The position numbers and the translations under genes are program-made. This document shows positions 62,435-64,000 of a stretch of 64,000 nucleotides of DNA, one piece after another. The notes below the pieces were generated by a model that had not been told where the DNA came from, did not search any database, and saw only the letters and a list, made by a program, of their open reading frames with translations. Source of the DNA: Protoeuglena noctilucae (taxonomy: Eukaryota); NCBI GenBank assembly GCA_958009085.1, contig OY253670.1:1178001-1242000 (forward strand). The letters run 5' to 3'. Within the stretch, counting starts at the first letter, position 1. Each line of letters opens with the position of its first letter.

Positions 62435-64000
62435 ATGGCGCCCGAGGTTGACACGACCAGGCTCGCGCCGGAGCCCAGAGCCGGGTCCGCGCTCCCGGCC
62501 GAGCCTCCCAAGGGAGCGGAGGAATGCAACGTGTGCGTGGCTGTCCACGTGCGGCCTCTCATCCACGAGGAGATTATTCAGGAATGCAAGGAGACGATAT
62601 CGGTCACCCCGAACTCCCCTCAGGTGCGAATAATTGCGCCCGCTTTCGGACCCCTGGACCCCCACGCATTTTGAAAGCCACGGCTCGACACCCCGCCCAT
62701 CGCTTTCCAAGCCCGATCCTGTCGCTCGAGTGTACGGTTTCCTGTTCATCGCCCCGCTTCGTCCCCTTGGCGCCCCACCCGGCGCTGAGGGGCGGCCCAG
62801 GTCAGGACGTTGTCGTGGGCCGGACCCGCCGCGCCCATCCGCGCTTCTCGTCCCCCCGCAGGTCACGCTGTCGTCACTTCATCAGTTCACCTTTGACTAC
62901 GTGTACGGCGGGGACCACGGCCGGCCACCTTCGGAGCTCTACGGGCAATGCGTGAAGCCGCTCGTCGAGGGACTCTTCCGCGGCTATAACGCCACTGTGC
63001 TGGCCTACGGGTACGGGGCGGTGCATAAAAAATGATGTGCTTGCATGTGCTGTACTGCAAAGGAAGCCGCGTTGTCCTCCACCCTGCCAAAGCAACCCTG
63101 GGATGCCACCCTGCCCGTCTTTCGCCCTGGGCGCAGCCAGACGGGATCCGGAAAGACTTACACGATGGGCAGCGCCTTCACTCCTGGCGGCCCCAGGTGC
63201 GGCGTCATCCCCGAGGCCATGACGACGCTCTTTGAGATTTGCCGGTACGTCCCTCCAGCAACAAGACGCAGCAACAGACACACCCCTTACCGACCCGCTC
63301 GCTCACGCTCACGTGCGTAAACCATGCGCCCTGGCCCCTGCACACCCGCATGCACCCATCGCCCCTGACCCTCGCCCTTAGCGCCGCACCTACCCCCGCC
63401 ACTCCTTACCCCCTCTGCCCCACCTTTGCAGCCGCGAGTCGGACATGTATGACTTTTCCATCAGCGCATCGTTCGTGGAGATCTATCGGGAGGACATCCG
63501 GGACCTGCTGGCCCCCGCGGCCCCCCCCGTGAGCGTGCGGGAGCTGCCCGGGGGTGGCGTGTGCCTGGCTGGGGCCACCGAGCAGCCCGTGGGCAGCATG
63601 GAGGACATGGCGCAGCTCATCGAACGGGGCACGCTGTGCCGCGCCACGTCGGCGACGGGCATGAACAAACGCTCCTCGCGGTCCCACGCCATCTTCACCA
63701 TCTCGCTGGAGAAGCGCCGCAGGGACACAAGCGGGCCGTCACCCTCGGGGCCCGCCGCGTCCGACGACAGCGGTGGCGCGGGCCTGGGCCACGCGGTCGA
63801 GTCCCCCCGGGATGCAACCGCGGCGGAGGACGAGGTGGGAGAGGCCGACTACGTGTGCGCCAAGGTGAGCTTGCGGGGGGCGAGGGAAGAGGGATGCGGG
63901 ACTTGGCTCACGGCTCCTGGGTCCTCGCTCTGTTGTTTCCCACTTCACCTTAGCACCGCTACCCGCCGCGTCACCCCATCGCCCACCCCGTCACCCCACC
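62435..64000 (+). CDS. Kinesin-4 (KIF4/FRA1-like), 3'-truncated
   Basis: VAVHVRPLI, FTFDYVYG, GYNATVLAYG|QTGSGKTYTMG and MNKRSSRSHAIFTI. Confidence 0.9.

Noticed and set aside
1..64000. Hundreds of long overlapping R/P/A/G-rich ORFs in the track
   Set aside because: Expected shadow ORFs in very GC-rich DNA; spliced models explain the coding signal.
13447..64000. Apparent cluster of cell-division genes (PHIP1-like, INCENP, GEX1, BuGZ, CEP164-like, kinesin-4)
   Set aside because: They are interspersed with unrelated housekeeping genes, and no shared motif was seen; plausible by chance.
1..64000. Species assignment (e.g. Pedinophyceae, from high GC and compact genes)
   Set aside because: Plausible, but it cannot be established without a database search.

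Overview
GC-rich, gene-dense nuclear DNA from a eukaryote, most likely a flagellated green alga (chlorophyte). Support: plastid ferredoxin-sulfite reductase with a transit peptide, a green-lineage thylakoid protein, plant-type PLMT, mtTatB and complex I B14.5b, and axonemal dynein LC10. The six-frame ORFs are mostly shadows of spliced genes. By hand-splicing I place about 28 intron-containing genes, including PLMT, SiR, LENG1-like, DNAL4, mtTatB, PHIP1-like, a VHL-domain protein, INCENP, mitochondrial RPS13, GEX1, BuGZ/ZNF207, NDUFC2, RPL24, ZUP1-like, a CEP164-like WW/IQ protein, Aquarius, PSMA1, VPS29, a membrane class I PDE, an MDR reductase and kinesin-4, plus a 200-N gap. No tRNA, rRNA, CRISPR or transposase was recognised. 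Main observations: (1) the Aquarius gene carries an intronic, nearly synonymous copy of its Walker-B exon end, arranged as GC donor...TAA-ATG...GT donor; (2) exon-end/5' splice-site duplications recur in several genes; (3) at least 16 introns use GC-AG; (4) a VHL protein keeps the hydroxyproline pocket; (5) a channel-like PDE lacks the invariant Gln. All gene models and homologies are by eye, with no searches run.
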